Shown here in pieces: positions 24,359-24,711 of a DNA stretch of 24,711 bases (positions are counted from its first letter, which is position 1; the number at the start of each line of letters is the position of its first letter). This DNA comes from an uncultured Eubacteriales bacterium (GTDB lineage: Bacteria; Bacillota; Clostridia; Oscillospirales; Acutalibacteraceae): assembly GCA_964471735.1 (NCBI GenBank), contig CAYYGY010000001.1:1-24711 (forward strand). The letters are read 5' to 3'. Below the pieces are notes generated by a model. That model was not told the origin of the DNA and did no database searches. It worked only from the letters and a program-made list of their open reading frames with translations. A program made the translations under genes and the position numbers.

Positions 24359-24711
24359 ATGGCAAATAACACGGTTAAGCTTTTGAGCGAGGTTGAAAAA
24401 GCCGCCGCCTTTGGCAGGGATTCGGTGACCGCAGTGTTAAAGCACGTAGACAACGTAAAATTACGCCGCGAACTTTCACAAAGCCGCAACGAGTACAGTT
24501 CGGTTTGTGACGACGCAAAAAATTCGCTGTCGTCAATAGGTTGCAGGGCCGGCAGTAACCCCCAGTCGATGAAGATGATGGTTCGCACGGCAATCAACGC
24601 CCACTTAAATCATAAGCGTGATACGTCTGCAGCCGCAAAAATGATGATTCAGGGTTGTACGATGGGAAACATCGAATTACTCAAAGCAATACACGAAAAC
24701 CCTTCCGCATC
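24359..24711 (+). CDS. Hypothetical helical protein (possibly ferritin-like fold, spore-associated), runs off the window
   Basis: Open frame from ATG 24359: MANNTVKLLSEVEKAAAFGRDSV...DTSAAAKMMIQGCTMGNIE...; AAAGGTG RBS; no stop in the window. Confidence 0.75.
   Translation, partial: MANNTVKLLSEVEKAAAFGRDSVTAVLKHVDNVKLRRELSQSRNEYSSVCDDAKNSLSSIGCRAGSNPQSMKMMVRTAINAHLNHKRDTSAAAKMMIQGCTMGNIELLKAIHENPSA

Overview
Core-chromosome segment (about 50% GC) of a probably spore-forming Clostridia (Oscillospirales/Ruminococcaceae-like; taxonomy inferred from gene content). In order: hrcA-grpE-dnaK (minus, dnaK truncated) with a perfect CIRCE and a possible CtsR box; mgtE under an M-box riboswitch followed by an unannotated 25-codon leader ORF; a plus-strand run of ABC-F ATPase, apbE, NusG-domain-II (EetA-like), Gx transporter (EetB-like) and rnfCDGEAB; a minus-strand run of cysteine desulfurase, thiI, two unusual fusion genes, a COG2426 membrane protein and rubrerythrin; a PRK06851-like ATPase; a RING-finger membrane protein with galU; and two small genes with SigG-like promoters. 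The most unusual element is the tandem pair of CinA/MoCF-like domain + transmembrane helix + class B sortase fusions, one with an intact His/Cys/Arg triad and one with the catalytic residues lost. No tRNA, rRNA, CRISPR array or mobile element was recognised. All family calls are from motif recognition, not database searches.
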